In this document: positions 1-7,992 of the stretch, one piece after another
Layout of the letters: the number at the start of each line of letters is the position of its first letter
Numbering within the stretch: position 1 is the first letter of the stretch
Made by a program: the position numbers and the translations under genes
Assembly: GCA_033762115.1 (NCBI GenBank)
Contig: JANRLX010000078.1
Coordinates: 1-16,771 of the forward strand
DNA: 16,771 nt
From: Verrucomicrobiota bacterium
GTDB taxonomy: Bacteria > Verrucomicrobiota > Verrucomicrobiia > Limisphaerales > SXQI01
Direction of reading: 5' to 3'
The notes under the pieces: generated by a model
The model's input: the letters and a program-made list of their open reading frames with translations, nothing else
The model's database searches: none
Told to the model about the DNA's origin: nothing

Positions 1-384
1 GTCCTGCCGCGCTTTATAGCTTCCGCAAAACGGGGTGAGCCGATCAAAATTTTTGGTTCAGGAGAACAAACCCGCTGCTTCTGTTACGTTACAGATACTG
101 TCGAAGCACTGGTTCGCCTGATGAATCGGGAAGCTGCAAAAGGGGAAGTGTTTAACATTGGCAGCACTGAGGAAATTTCAATGAACCAGCTGGCCCGAAT
201 GACCATTGAATTGCTCGGATCTTCCTCAAAAGTGGTCCATATTCCCTACGAGGTCGCGTATGCGCCGGGCTTTGAAGATATGTTACGACGCAAACCTTCC
301 GTGGAAAAGCTGGCGCGTATCACCGGATTTAAACCGGACACAGGCTTGGAGGAGATCATCAGGAAAACCGCCGCGAACTTCTGA
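1..384 (+). CDS. NAD-dependent epimerase/dehydratase (UDP-glucose 4-epimerase / UDP-glucuronate decarboxylase-like extended SDR), 5'-truncated
   Basis: Frame +1 is open from base 1 (VLPRFIASAKRGEPIKIFGSGEQTRCFCYVTDTVEAL...GEVFNIGSTEEISM...EDMLRRKP). The G.G.QTR.F.YV.D and FNIG motifs are typical of the C-terminal half of nucleotide-sugar epimerases. The ATG at 121 is internal. Confidence 0.9.
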   Translation, partial: VLPRFIASAKRGEPIKIFGSGEQTRCFCYVTDTVEALVRLMNREAAKGEVFNIGSTEEISMNQLARMTIELLGSSSKVVHIPYEVAYAPGFEDMLRRKPSVEKLARITGFKPDTGLEEIIRKTAANF

Positions 385-388
385 ATTT

Positions 389-1774
389 ATGAATCACTTT
401 ATGCGCCTGCTTTTGCTGTTCGGGATGATCTTTCAATCCGGGGCAGCTGATTTTCCACCCGTGAAAAACTTCGGTAACGCAGCTGATTTCGGGACTGGAA
501 TCCAACGCGCCATGACTCTGATGGCCACCAGCACACCGGAAAAACCAAATACCGTTCGTGTTCTTTTTTACGGTCAATCGATCACTGAACAAAAATGGTG
601 GCGCGAGGTTGAAAATTATTTAAAGACCAGTTACCCGCATGCAAATCTTTTGATCGAGAACCGTGCCATTGGCGGCTTCTCCTCACAATTATTGGTCAAG
701 ACTGCGGAAACCGACCTTTATCATTTTTATCCCGACCTGCTGATTTTTCACGTCTATGGCTCTCATATTGAATATGAAAACATCATCAAACGAGTCAGGG
801 AACGCACCACAGCGGAAATTTTATTGCAAAACGATCATTGCACCGACCCTTCCCATCTCACGGAGGAAACCGATCCAGGCAAACTCAATCCCTCTTCATG
901 GAACGCCTGGATGAACCATTCGTTTCTTCCCTCCACCGCACGCAAATACGGAGCGGAATTGGTCGATCAGCATAACCTTTGGAAAGATTACCTCAAAACC
1001 CATGACCTTTCCCCTTCCCGGTTGCTCTCCGATTCTGTTCACCTGAACGATCATGGCTGCTATTTAATGGCCGAACTGGTCAAACCTCATCTGCGGTATC
1101 GTCCCGAATTGCCAAAAGAAAAATGGATCAATTCTGTTCGTACGATCGCTGTGAAACCGGATCAATGGAAAAATGAGTTCGTTGACCTTGAAGTCGATGG
1201 AAATCGCATCGATCTCATTCTTTCACCTCAAGCGACAAAGGACGCCTCCATAGACATTGAAATCGATGGACGCAAGCCGTCTGGTTTCCCCGGCGTTTTT
1301 GGATTCAGCCGTTCCACTTATTATCCCGGAACCATCTGGCCATGTCTGATCGGCATCTCTTCAGAAAAACAACTTGAGGTGGAGCAATGGACAGTGCGTT
1401 TGTCCGAAGTCAGCGATGACCACAAACAATTCAAATTTTCTCTGGAAGGCTCAAAAACCGGTCCCGACGGCGATGGCTTGAGCAGCGAAAAATTTGTTTC
1501 GAAATCCGGCCGCATTGTCATTGAACCGGATGACTGGCATCTCGCACGTTCATTTGAACACACCAAAGCACCACTTCCGAAAGAGTTCGTGGTGCGATGG
1601 GACGTGATTCCATACTTCAAGGATCGAGTTGACCTCGCTGAAATTAATTCCAGGGGGGAACGAACAGTGACAATCGCCCAGGGAATTGAGAATAAACCAC
1701 ATCGCCTGAAGCTCATCACCAAAACACCCGGCGCGATTGAGGCTGTCAGGGTATATACTCCTCCGCTTCGCTAA
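389..1774 (+). CDS. Secreted SGNH/GDSL-type hydrolase (putative carbohydrate esterase) with C-terminal beta-rich domain
   Basis: Likely start is ATG 389 or 401, just after the epimerase stop, followed by a signal peptide (MRLLLLFGMIFQSGA-A). Block I VLFYGQSIT, block II NRAIGG and block V DSVHLN (DxxH) are present. Confidence 0.75.
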   Translation: MNHFMRLLLLFGMIFQSGAADFPPVKNFGNAADFGTGIQRAMTLMATSTPEKPNTVRVLFYGQSITEQKWWREVENYLKTSYPHANLLIENRAIGGFSSQLLVKTAETDLYHFYPDLLIFHVYGSHIEYENIIKRVRERTTAEILLQNDHCTDPSHLTEETDPGKLNPSSWNAWMNHSFLPSTARKYGAELVDQHNLWKDYLKTHDLSPSRLLSDSVHLNDHGCYLMAELVKPHLRYRPELPKEKWINSVRTIAVKPDQWKNEFVDLEVDGNRIDLILSPQATKDASIDIEIDGRKPSGFPGVFGFSRSTYYPGTIWPCLIGISSEKQLEVEQWTVRLSEVSDDHKQFKFSLEGSKTGPDGDGLSSEKFVSKSGRIVIEPDDWHLARSFEHTKAPLPKEFVVRWDVIPYFKDRVDLAEINSRGERTVTIAQGIENKPHRLKLITKTPGAIEAVRVYTPPLR

Positions 1775-1785
1775 TCATCGGTCCG

Positions 1786-2010
1786 TTAGTCTGGCTTTTT
1801 GCTAGCCAAATGGCGAATGACTGCCCAAAAGACCCATCCAGCCAGAGCGCCCAGAATAAAGGTAATGATTGTCCCGGCTGAAAACTCGAGCGTGGGATCG
1901 TCTGGAATGTCCTTCAGGGAATAAAGGAAACTCGTCAATGTCCCAAAACCCAACGCCGAGGAGACCACCACGATCCGATAAAATTGCTTGTCATCCAGCG
2001 GCGAATTCAT
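1786..2010 (-). CDS. Small two-TM membrane protein, function unknown
   Basis: 74 aa with two hydrophobic segments (IVVVSSALGFGTLTSFLY; AGTIITFILGALAGWVFWAVI) and a basic C-terminal tail. It fills the gap between flanking genes without overlap. Confidence 0.7.
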   Translation of the reverse strand: MNSPLDDKQFYRIVVVSSALGFGTLTSFLYSLKDIPDDPTLEFSAGTIITFILGALAGWVFWAVIRHLASKKPD

Positions 2011-2070
2011 TTTGAAATTCTACCTCTGTCCAGAAAGACTGTCTAAGGTTTAGTAAGGCAAAACTTCCCT

Positions 2071-2098
2071 TTGCATTCAAATGAACCTAACGTATTTT
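2071..2098 (+). promoter_or_regulatory. Possible sigma70 promoter for miaB (TTGCAT-N16-TATTTT)
   Basis: TTGCAT at 2071-2076 and TATTTT at 2093-2098 lie just upstream of ATG 2113. Motif resemblance only. Confidence 0.25.
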
Positions 2099-2112
2099 TT
2101 AAGCCCGCTTTT

Positions 2113-3465
2113 ATGCCCAGCGTGTATATCAAAACATTTGGCTGCCAAATGAATGAGCGCGATTCCGAAGCAGTCGCAGCTCAACTGGAGGAGCGTGGCT
2201 ATACCCTGGCACCCACTGAAAAAATGGCGGATGTCATCCTGCTCAATACTTGCAGCGTTCGGGACATGGCCGAACAAAAGGCCCTCGGCAAGATGCAGGT
2301 CCTTGCAGGGGAATCCAGACGGAAACATCCCAACCGCATTCTGGGATTCATGGGTTGCATGGCCCAAAGCCGTGGACAGGAATTGCTTGATCAAATGCCC
2401 GCTGTGGATCTTGTAATTGGCACGCAGAAATTTCATCGCACGGGAGAATTCCTGGACGACATTTTTTCCGGAAAGCGTGAACGCATTTGCGACATTGAAG
2501 AGGAAAAGGGAAGCGAAAGCACAATCCGGAACCATCTTTCCTTCAATGGCGGAACACACCATGTGACTGGTTTTGTCAGTATCATGCAGGGCTGCAACCA
2601 ATATTGCACCTTTTGCATTGTTCCCCAGACACGGGGGCTGGAGCGGAGCCGTCCCATTGCGGAGATTGTTGAAGAAATAGGTCGATTAACCGCACTAGGA
2701 GTGAGGGAAGTCACCCTCCTGGGACAAATCGTCAATAGCTATGGAAAACGGGAAATTGGGATCCGGGAGGGAAAATCCGCCTTCGTCCAACTGCTTGAGG
2801 CAATCCATCAAATTCCAGAGCTTCAGCGCATCAGGTTTACCTCGCCGCACCCGAAGGGCTATGGGGATGACCTGGTCGAGGCTTATGGTCGGTTACCAAA
2901 GCTGTGCGAGAGTGCGCATATTCCATTGCAAAGCGGCAGTGACAGAATTCTTAAGTTGATGCACCGCGGATACACTCGCGTACGTTTTCTCGAATTGATT
3001 CAAAAATTGCGCGCGGTTCGACCCAATATCGGATTAACGACCGATATCATTGTGGGATTCCCTGGTGAAACAGAGCAGGATTTTCAGGAAACACTCTCAT
3101 TGGTTGAAGAAGGATTGTTTGACAATGCTTACCTTTTTAAATATTCACCCCGTCGCGACACACCAGCGGCCACCATGCCCGATCAGGTGGCGGAAGAGGT
3201 CAAGGAGGAACGGCATGCTCGAATCCTGGAATTGGTGAATCGAATCAGTGCGACACGTTACCAGGGAATGGTCGGTAAGAGGGTGGAAATTCTCGTGGAA
3301 GGGCCAAGCCGAAAAAATGCCGAGCGCCTGGAAGGGCGAACTAGTTGCAATAAAATTGTTGTGTTCGAAGGGTCTCCCCGGCATGTTGCGCAGCTTATGG
3401 AATTGCAGATCACCAGGACGGGATCATTTACTCTTTACGGGGACCCGGCGATCGTGAATTTATAA
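2113..3465 (+). CDS. miaB: tRNA-2-methylthio-N6-dimethylallyladenosine synthase (radical SAM methylthiotransferase)
   Basis: N-terminal KTFGCQMNERDSE, LNTCSVR and GCMAQ; radical SAM CxxxCxxC (GCNQYCTFC); RFTSPHP, TDIIVGFPGET and YSPR; C-terminal TRAM domain. ATG 2113 (MPSVYIKT) fits the family start better than TTG 2071. Confidence 0.96.
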   Translation: MPSVYIKTFGCQMNERDSEAVAAQLEERGYTLAPTEKMADVILLNTCSVRDMAEQKALGKMQVLAGESRRKHPNRILGFMGCMAQSRGQELLDQMPAVDLVIGTQKFHRTGEFLDDIFSGKRERICDIEEEKGSESTIRNHLSFNGGTHHVTGFVSIMQGCNQYCTFCIVPQTRGLERSRPIAEIVEEIGRLTALGVREVTLLGQIVNSYGKREIGIREGKSAFVQLLEAIHQIPELQRIRFTSPHPKGYGDDLVEAYGRLPKLCESAHIPLQSGSDRILKLMHRGYTRVRFLELIQKLRAVRPNIGLTTDIIVGFPGETEQDFQETLSLVEEGLFDNAYLFKYSPRRDTPAATMPDQVAEEVKEERHARILELVNRISATRYQGMVGKRVEILVEGPSRKNAERLEGRTSCNKIVVFEGSPRHVAQLMELQITRTGSFTLYGDPAIVNL

Positions 3466-3483
3466 GGTGGGCAGGACAGACGG

Positions 3484-4011
3484 ATGAAAACTTCTACGTT
3501 TGTGGCGCTGCTTGGCTTCGGTTTCGCCCTGATTCAACTCCTTCTCCTGTGTAATCCAAAATCCCTTCAAAAATTCCCTCGCTCCTTTGCCTGGGGCCTG
3601 GTCCTGATGCTTTTGGGGACTGGATGGTTTGTCTATAACGTAAACAATGAAACCATCAGCGACTTTGCCGCTTACAAGAACCTGATGATGTTTGGCTTTG
3701 CCGCTGTGGGGATATTGACTTGCATATTCGTTCAGGACTTTCTGGCAGTTCGCGGCCTGGCGGTTGTCCTTCTGCTTTTGGCCTCTTTTACACTCAATGC
3801 TGTCCGCTGGACGGACACACCATGGAGGCGTCTGGTCGCCTTATGGGCCTATACATGGATTATAGGAGCAATGTGGGTTACCGTTTCGCCATGGCGATTG
3901 CGAGATTATATCAATTGGATGACTGCCTCTCAGTTCCGTTTCCGAATCATCAGTGGAATCAGCATCGCCTTCGGACTTTTTGTGGGGATCCTCGGATTGA
4001 GTGTCTTTTAA
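3484..4011 (+). CDS. Integral membrane protein of unknown function (about 5-6 TM)
   Basis: 175 aa, strongly hydrophobic. It starts 18 nt after the miaB stop with a GGA-containing SD-like sequence (gcaggacag) upstream. Confidence 0.85.
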   Translation: MKTSTFVALLGFGFALIQLLLLCNPKSLQKFPRSFAWGLVLMLLGTGWFVYNVNNETISDFAAYKNLMMFGFAAVGILTCIFVQDFLAVRGLAVVLLLLASFTLNAVRWTDTPWRRLVALWAYTWIIGAMWVTVSPWRLRDYINWMTASQFRFRIISGISIAFGLFVGILGLSVF

Positions 4012-4945
4012 CCCATTCTCTTCCGTGAATCGTCCACAGGGGAAAATTCTCATTATTCGTGGAGGTGCCATTGGTGATTTTATCCTGACACTCCCCGCCA
4101 TTCAGGCCGTTCGGGATCGTTTTCCACAGACCCAGCTTGAAATTCTAGGATATCCTCGCATTGCAAACCTTGCCCTCCACGCGGGACTTGTCGATGTCGT
4201 GAGATCAATTGAGACTCGGGCTGCGGCAGGTTTTTTTGCCCGGAACGGCACTCTTGACCCAGAGCTTTCAGATTACTTTTCCCAGTTCGGCTTTATTTTT
4301 TCCTATCTCTACGACCCTGACGAAATTTTTCAAACGAACGTTGCGAAAGTATCGAAAGCACAATTTGTCCCGGGACCACATCGACCTTCAGAAATCGGAA
4401 CTCAGCACGCGGTTTCCGCATTTTTGCAACCAATGGAACGCCTGGCTATTTTCGATGCAGAGGAATCGATCAAAATTAATTTAAAAACGGATGAATTGCT
4501 GCCCGGCACCTGGATCGCTCTTCATCCTGGAAGCGGCAGCATCAGCAAAAACTGGCCGCTTCCGGAGTGGCAAAAGCTGGTCGAAGCCATTGCCTGGCAA
4601 ACTGATTGGAAAATGTTGCTTGTCGGCGGCGAAGCGGACGCCGAACGTTTTAAAAGCATCTCCAAACTAGTCCCTCAGGAACGCACCCGTGAGGCTTTCA
4701 ACAAGCCCCTTTGGGAAATGGGCGCTCTGCTCGCACAATGTCAGGCCTTCATTGGTCATGACAGTGGGATTACTCATCTTGCTGCGGCATTGGGATTGCG
4801 AGGCATTGTCATCTGGGGACCATCCAACAAAACGGTCTGGCACCCAAAAACCCCATCCTTGGAAATCCTCGACGCAGGGCCTGCCCTGAAAAACCTTCAA
4901 GCGACGGAAGTTTTTGAAAAACTCCGTGCACTTGTAATCACATAA
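4001..4945 (+). CDS. Glycosyltransferase family 9 (ADP-heptose:LPS heptosyltransferase-like)
   Basis: ILIIRGGAIGDFILTLP, ALHPGSG..KNWP and FIGHDSGITHLAAALG are hallmark GT9 motifs. The start may be GTG 4001 or GTG 4025. Confidence 0.92.
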   Translation: MSFNPFSSVNRPQGKILIIRGGAIGDFILTLPAIQAVRDRFPQTQLEILGYPRIANLALHAGLVDVVRSIETRAAAGFFARNGTLDPELSDYFSQFGFIFSYLYDPDEIFQTNVAKVSKAQFVPGPHRPSEIGTQHAVSAFLQPMERLAIFDAEESIKINLKTDELLPGTWIALHPGSGSISKNWPLPEWQKLVEAIAWQTDWKMLLVGGEADAERFKSISKLVPQERTREAFNKPLWEMGALLAQCQAFIGHDSGITHLAAALGLRGIVIWGPSNKTVWHPKTPSLEILDAGPALKNLQATEVFEKLRALVIT

Positions 4946-5777
4946 TGGTGAGTCGTTCTCCGGCGCGTAAAACGTGGCAGGCTTGCCCCAGCAATTTGCA
5001 TTCTGAAACGAATTCGCCGGGTTCTGCGGTATTAAAGGCAAACATTTCGTAATGGCAGGGAACCACGCATCGCACCCCTGCGTCCCTCGCGAGTCGGGCC
5101 GCCTCGATTCCATCCAGATTCCCGGCCACACGCCGCTCCGGTGCTCGACCATTGATCGGGAGAAATGCGATATCAATCCGCCATTTCTGAAGCAGGTCTG
5201 CCATACCCGGATATCGCACAGTATCACCACTGTGATAGATGACGTGCCCTCCAAACTCAACGACATACCCAAGGAAGAGACATCGTCCACTTTCATCTTT
5301 TTCAATGCTTTCGTGGGCTGCTGGTATTCCATGAAAGGTGAAGCCCTTAAGCTCAACAGATTGACCCGCATCCAACCCAATTGGAATATCTGCTACAATA
5401 TTCAGCCGGTTCGCCACAAATTCACGATTTGCTTCCGGGATAACCAGGTCAACTTTGGGATTGACCTTAAAAAGTGCTTTCAGGGTTTCTCCATCAAGAT
5501 GATCTGTATGGTTATGGCTGGAAGTCACGACATCGATGAAATCAAGTTCCGCTGGCTGAATCACCTGTTCGGTCATCCGGACATGCGGCTTTTCTGTCGC
5601 CGCATACTTTTTTGTGAGGCTGTCGCTCAGGTAAGGATCCATCAGCAAATGCCGTCCTTCCCATTGCAGGAGGAAACCGCTTTGCCCAAGCCACCAGACG
5701 TGAAAAGCACCCGCTGCTGACAGGGACTTTTGAATCTCCGCGAGAAAATCCTTACCCTGCTGGACCGGTTTGATCAT
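4938..5777 (-). CDS. MBL-fold metallo-hydrolase, UlaG (L-ascorbate-6-phosphate lactonase)-like
   Basis: WLGQSGF, DPYLSD, HNHTDH (HxHxDH), PAAH, YHSGDT, LPING, GNL and PCHYEMF motifs. Confidence 0.88.
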   Translation of the reverse strand: MIKPVQQGKDFLAEIQKSLSAAGAFHVWWLGQSGFLLQWEGRHLLMDPYLSDSLTKKYAATEKPHVRMTEQVIQPAELDFIDVVTSSHNHTDHLDGETLKALFKVNPKVDLVIPEANREFVANRLNIVADIPIGLDAGQSVELKGFTFHGIPAAHESIEKDESGRCLFLGYVVEFGGHVIYHSGDTVRYPGMADLLQKWRIDIAFLPINGRAPERRVAGNLDGIEAARLARDAGVRCVVPCHYEMFAFNTAEPGEFVSECKLLGQACHVLRAGERLTIM

Positions 5778-6817
5778 GCAATGCTCAATTCCTTGCGAAC
5801 CTGCCTCACTCCGGAAACCATGTTTTTAAGTTTCTGGCGGGCGGCCCATCGGGCGGTTTGACTCAGCCCGCAATCAGGAGCAAGTGACAACCGGTCAGGA
5901 TTTGAATATTGCAGGCAGGCACGAACGCGATTAGCCACATCTTCGGCGGTTTCGATATAATAACTCTTCACATCGATAATCCCCACCGCAACGTTCTTGC
6001 GCGCTGTAATCATTTTCAGAATTTCCAATTCTGCAAATTCTCGACTGGCCATTTCCACATGGATCTCATCAACGCTCATCTCCAGAAACGCGGGAAACAT
6101 TGGGGCGTAATGCCGCAAACCGATGGCCCTTCCCTTGAAATTCCCAAAGCAAAGATGGGTGGAGAGATGGCATTTGCCAACAATAGGTTCCACTGTTCGG
6201 TTAAAAATCTCAACGAAGCGTTTCGGGTCCTCCTTATGCGCGTAGCAGCTCATTGAAGGCTCGTCGACTGTGATCTCGCGGCAGCCTGCTTCTACCAGCG
6301 CCACTAATTCACTGCGGACAATTGGGAGCAGAGCTTCGGTCAAGGCAAACCGGTCAGGGTACTGGCTGTTGGGAAGCAATCGACCGCTCAAGGTATAAGG
6401 TCCTGGAACACTTGCCTTTAATGTGGGGCCGGGCGGTGCCAGTCGCTTAAGCCTTCTGAAATCCTCCACGGTTCCCAGTCCTCGGGAAGCCCGCAATTCT
6501 CCGATGACCTTATGCTTTCCGCGTTGGTCATGTGCCGGAGGACCAAAACGACGAGGAGAGGCGGACTCAAGTTCCAGACCTTCCAGAAAGCCGTAAAAGG
6601 ACAAGTTAAAATCCAATCGCGTCTGCTCGCCATCCGTGATCACATCCAGGCCAGCCTCAGTCTGGTCCTTTACAGCAATGGTAACGGCATCCTCCACAAT
6701 TTCATTTCGGTCTGCCTCCCCGAACTGGGAAAGGTTCTGCACTGCAAATTCCAGCCAGCTGGGGAATGGATAGCTGCCGATGACAGTCGTGCGAAGTGGT
6801 TTGAGGTCCATGCTCAT
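5774..6817 (-). CDS. Cobalamin-independent methionine synthase II family protein (single-barrel core MetE-like Zn enzyme)
   Basis: TTVIGSYP, AGLDVITDGE, PGPYTL, VDEP, HLCFGN (His221/Cys223), HVE (Glu255) and PDCGL (Cys316). At 347 aa it lacks the N-terminal barrel of full-length MetE. Confidence 0.9.
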   Translation of the reverse strand: MSMDLKPLRTTVIGSYPFPSWLEFAVQNLSQFGEADRNEIVEDAVTIAVKDQTEAGLDVITDGEQTRLDFNLSFYGFLEGLELESASPRRFGPPAHDQRGKHKVIGELRASRGLGTVEDFRRLKRLAPPGPTLKASVPGPYTLSGRLLPNSQYPDRFALTEALLPIVRSELVALVEAGCREITVDEPSMSCYAHKEDPKRFVEIFNRTVEPIVGKCHLSTHLCFGNFKGRAIGLRHYAPMFPAFLEMSVDEIHVEMASREFAELEILKMITARKNVAVGIIDVKSYYIETAEDVANRVRACLQYSNPDRLSLAPDCGLSQTARWAARQKLKNMVSGVRQVRKELSIA

Positions 6818-7605
6818 GAAGTTGTATCAGTTCCAAGGTTCTCGTAAAGCCGCGCCATTCGACGGCCGTGTTCGTCATAGGCAGATTCAAAAAGGCGAGT
6901 CGCCTCCTCCCGCCCGACAATCGCTCCTGCTGTGAGCACTTTGGGAGGGTGCCCGGCTTCAGTAAGGCGAGCGGCAATTTCCGCTTTGAGAGCATTCACA
7001 ATCAGGCAGCCACCAACAGTGGAACCCGGAGCCACGGGAGTCCTTAAATTTTCGATTTGCACCATCGCATCCCCCACCGGGGCTCCGGTATCGAGGACCA
7101 GGTCGGAAAAATCCTGCAATTTTTTACCGGAAGGATGCTGGCTCCTGCTCGCCTCGGAATGGGCTTTGCTGATGATGGCAACCACCCGAACCTTTCGCTT
7201 CTTGAATTCCTCCGCCATTTCAATAGGCACCACATTGCAACCGCTGGAGGAGATCACCAGCGCACAATCCTGGGGGGAGAGGTCGAAATTGCGTAGAATC
7301 CGCTCCGCCAACCCTGAAACATTTTCCAGGAACATTGCCTGGCGCTGACCATTGGCTCCGACCACGAGGTTATGAAAACTCAGGGAAAGCTCGACAATCG
7401 GATTAAATCCTGGGAAGGAACCGTACCGAGGCCACATTTCCTCCACAAGAATCCGGCTGTGGCCCGAACCGAACAGATGGACTATCCGCCCAGCCGAAAT
7501 GCTCCCGGCAAACCATTCGGCAGCCTTCTGGATCCTCTCAATCTGGCACTCGACTGATTCGATCAAGGAACGTGATTTCGATAAATAACTTAACCCTGGC
7601 GACAT
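6814..7605 (-). CDS. SIS-domain (sugar isomerase) protein
   Basis: VHLFGSGHS, LVISSSG.N.VPIEMA, VVAIIS, DLVLD.GAP.GDA and PGST motifs of stand-alone SIS proteins. Start is ATG 7605 (MSPGL) or GTG 7626. Confidence 0.88.
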   Translation of the reverse strand: MSPGLSYLSKSRSLIESVECQIERIQKAAEWFAGSISAGRIVHLFGSGHSRILVEEMWPRYGSFPGFNPIVELSLSFHNLVVGANGQRQAMFLENVSGLAERILRNFDLSPQDCALVISSSGCNVVPIEMAEEFKKRKVRVVAIISKAHSEASRSQHPSGKKLQDFSDLVLDTGAPVGDAMVQIENLRTPVAPGSTVGGCLIVNALKAEIAARLTEAGHPPKVLTAGAIVGREEATRLFESAYDEHGRRMARLYENLGTDTTS

Positions 7606-7964
7606 GATAAAAAGAATGACTCCCACAAGTCCCGGAGTCGAATCAAATCAAGCTCCAGACCAGGAGTACACTGTTTTCAGGCTCTTTCAGGAAGAGGTTT
7701 TTTCATTCAAATTTTCCCTCATGCCCTGATGAGTGCCACCAGAGAGCGGCCTGACTCTCTTTCAGGTCTTCTCTGTATGGCAAATCTGCACTTCCAGAAT
7801 ACTTTAGACCCAGCGTGACAGGGTTTCCGGGTTTTTATGGTTTCCCGGTTTTCCAGTAACCCTTTGCGCTCAGGCAGTGGGGAGAAATCCACTGTGTTCA
7901 TGGTGAAGGCGGGAGCGTCTGCAATGGACTGCAACCGCCTTTCTTTTCACGCACATTTGAGTTT

Positions 7965-7980
7965 CGGCACGGCATGAGCT
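7965..7980 (+). promoter_or_regulatory. Possible sigma54 (-24/-12) promoter, CGGCACGGCATGAGCT
   Basis: GG (7966-7967)-N10-GC (7978-7979) with the GGCACG core. It lacks the usual TT before GC, and the predicted TSS near 7991 is only about 2 nt before GTG 7993. Confidence 0.25.
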
Positions 7981-7992
7981 ACAAGCAAGGTT

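Noticed and set aside
206..388. N-terminal extension of the 522-aa ORF from TTG 206
   Set aside because: It overlaps the epimerase in another frame, and the signal peptide only begins at ATG 389/401.
4938..4945. 8-nt tail-to-tail overlap of the GT9 and MBL hydrolase genes with no terminator
   Set aside because: Short convergent overlaps are common in compact genomes and there is no further signal.
4667..5720. Long alternative-frame and antisense ORFs (237 aa at 4667-5380; 222 aa at 5052-5720) and similar shadows across the window
   Set aside because: They lie over well-supported genes and show no recognisable motifs.
7682..7703. CTCTT/AAGAG hairpin followed by a T-run (terminator-like on +)
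   Set aside because: The stem is weak (5-6 bp) and there is no + strand gene upstream to terminate.
7690..7735. SAM-I riboswitch-like start on the minus strand (CTCATC...GAGGGA...TGAA...CCTC) upstream of the MetE-like operon
   Set aside because: It lacks the GGCCC, GCAACC and GGTGC elements and the closing P1 GAT of SAM-I. A cmscan against Rfam would settle it.
7718..7760. Hammerhead core CTGATGA at 7726-7732 flanked by potential stems
   Set aside because: No GAAA after stem II and no stem III or UH cleavage site can be built.
7800..7872. c-di-GMP-I riboswitch-like words on the minus strand (CGCAAAG, GGTCTAA)
   Set aside because: Their spacing is wrong and the upstream GGCAAAC...GAAA stem is missing.
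7719..7934. 71-aa minus-strand ORF in the intergenic region
   Set aside because: TTG start, no SD, no motif, and it overlaps the hairpin-rich sequence; probably non-coding.
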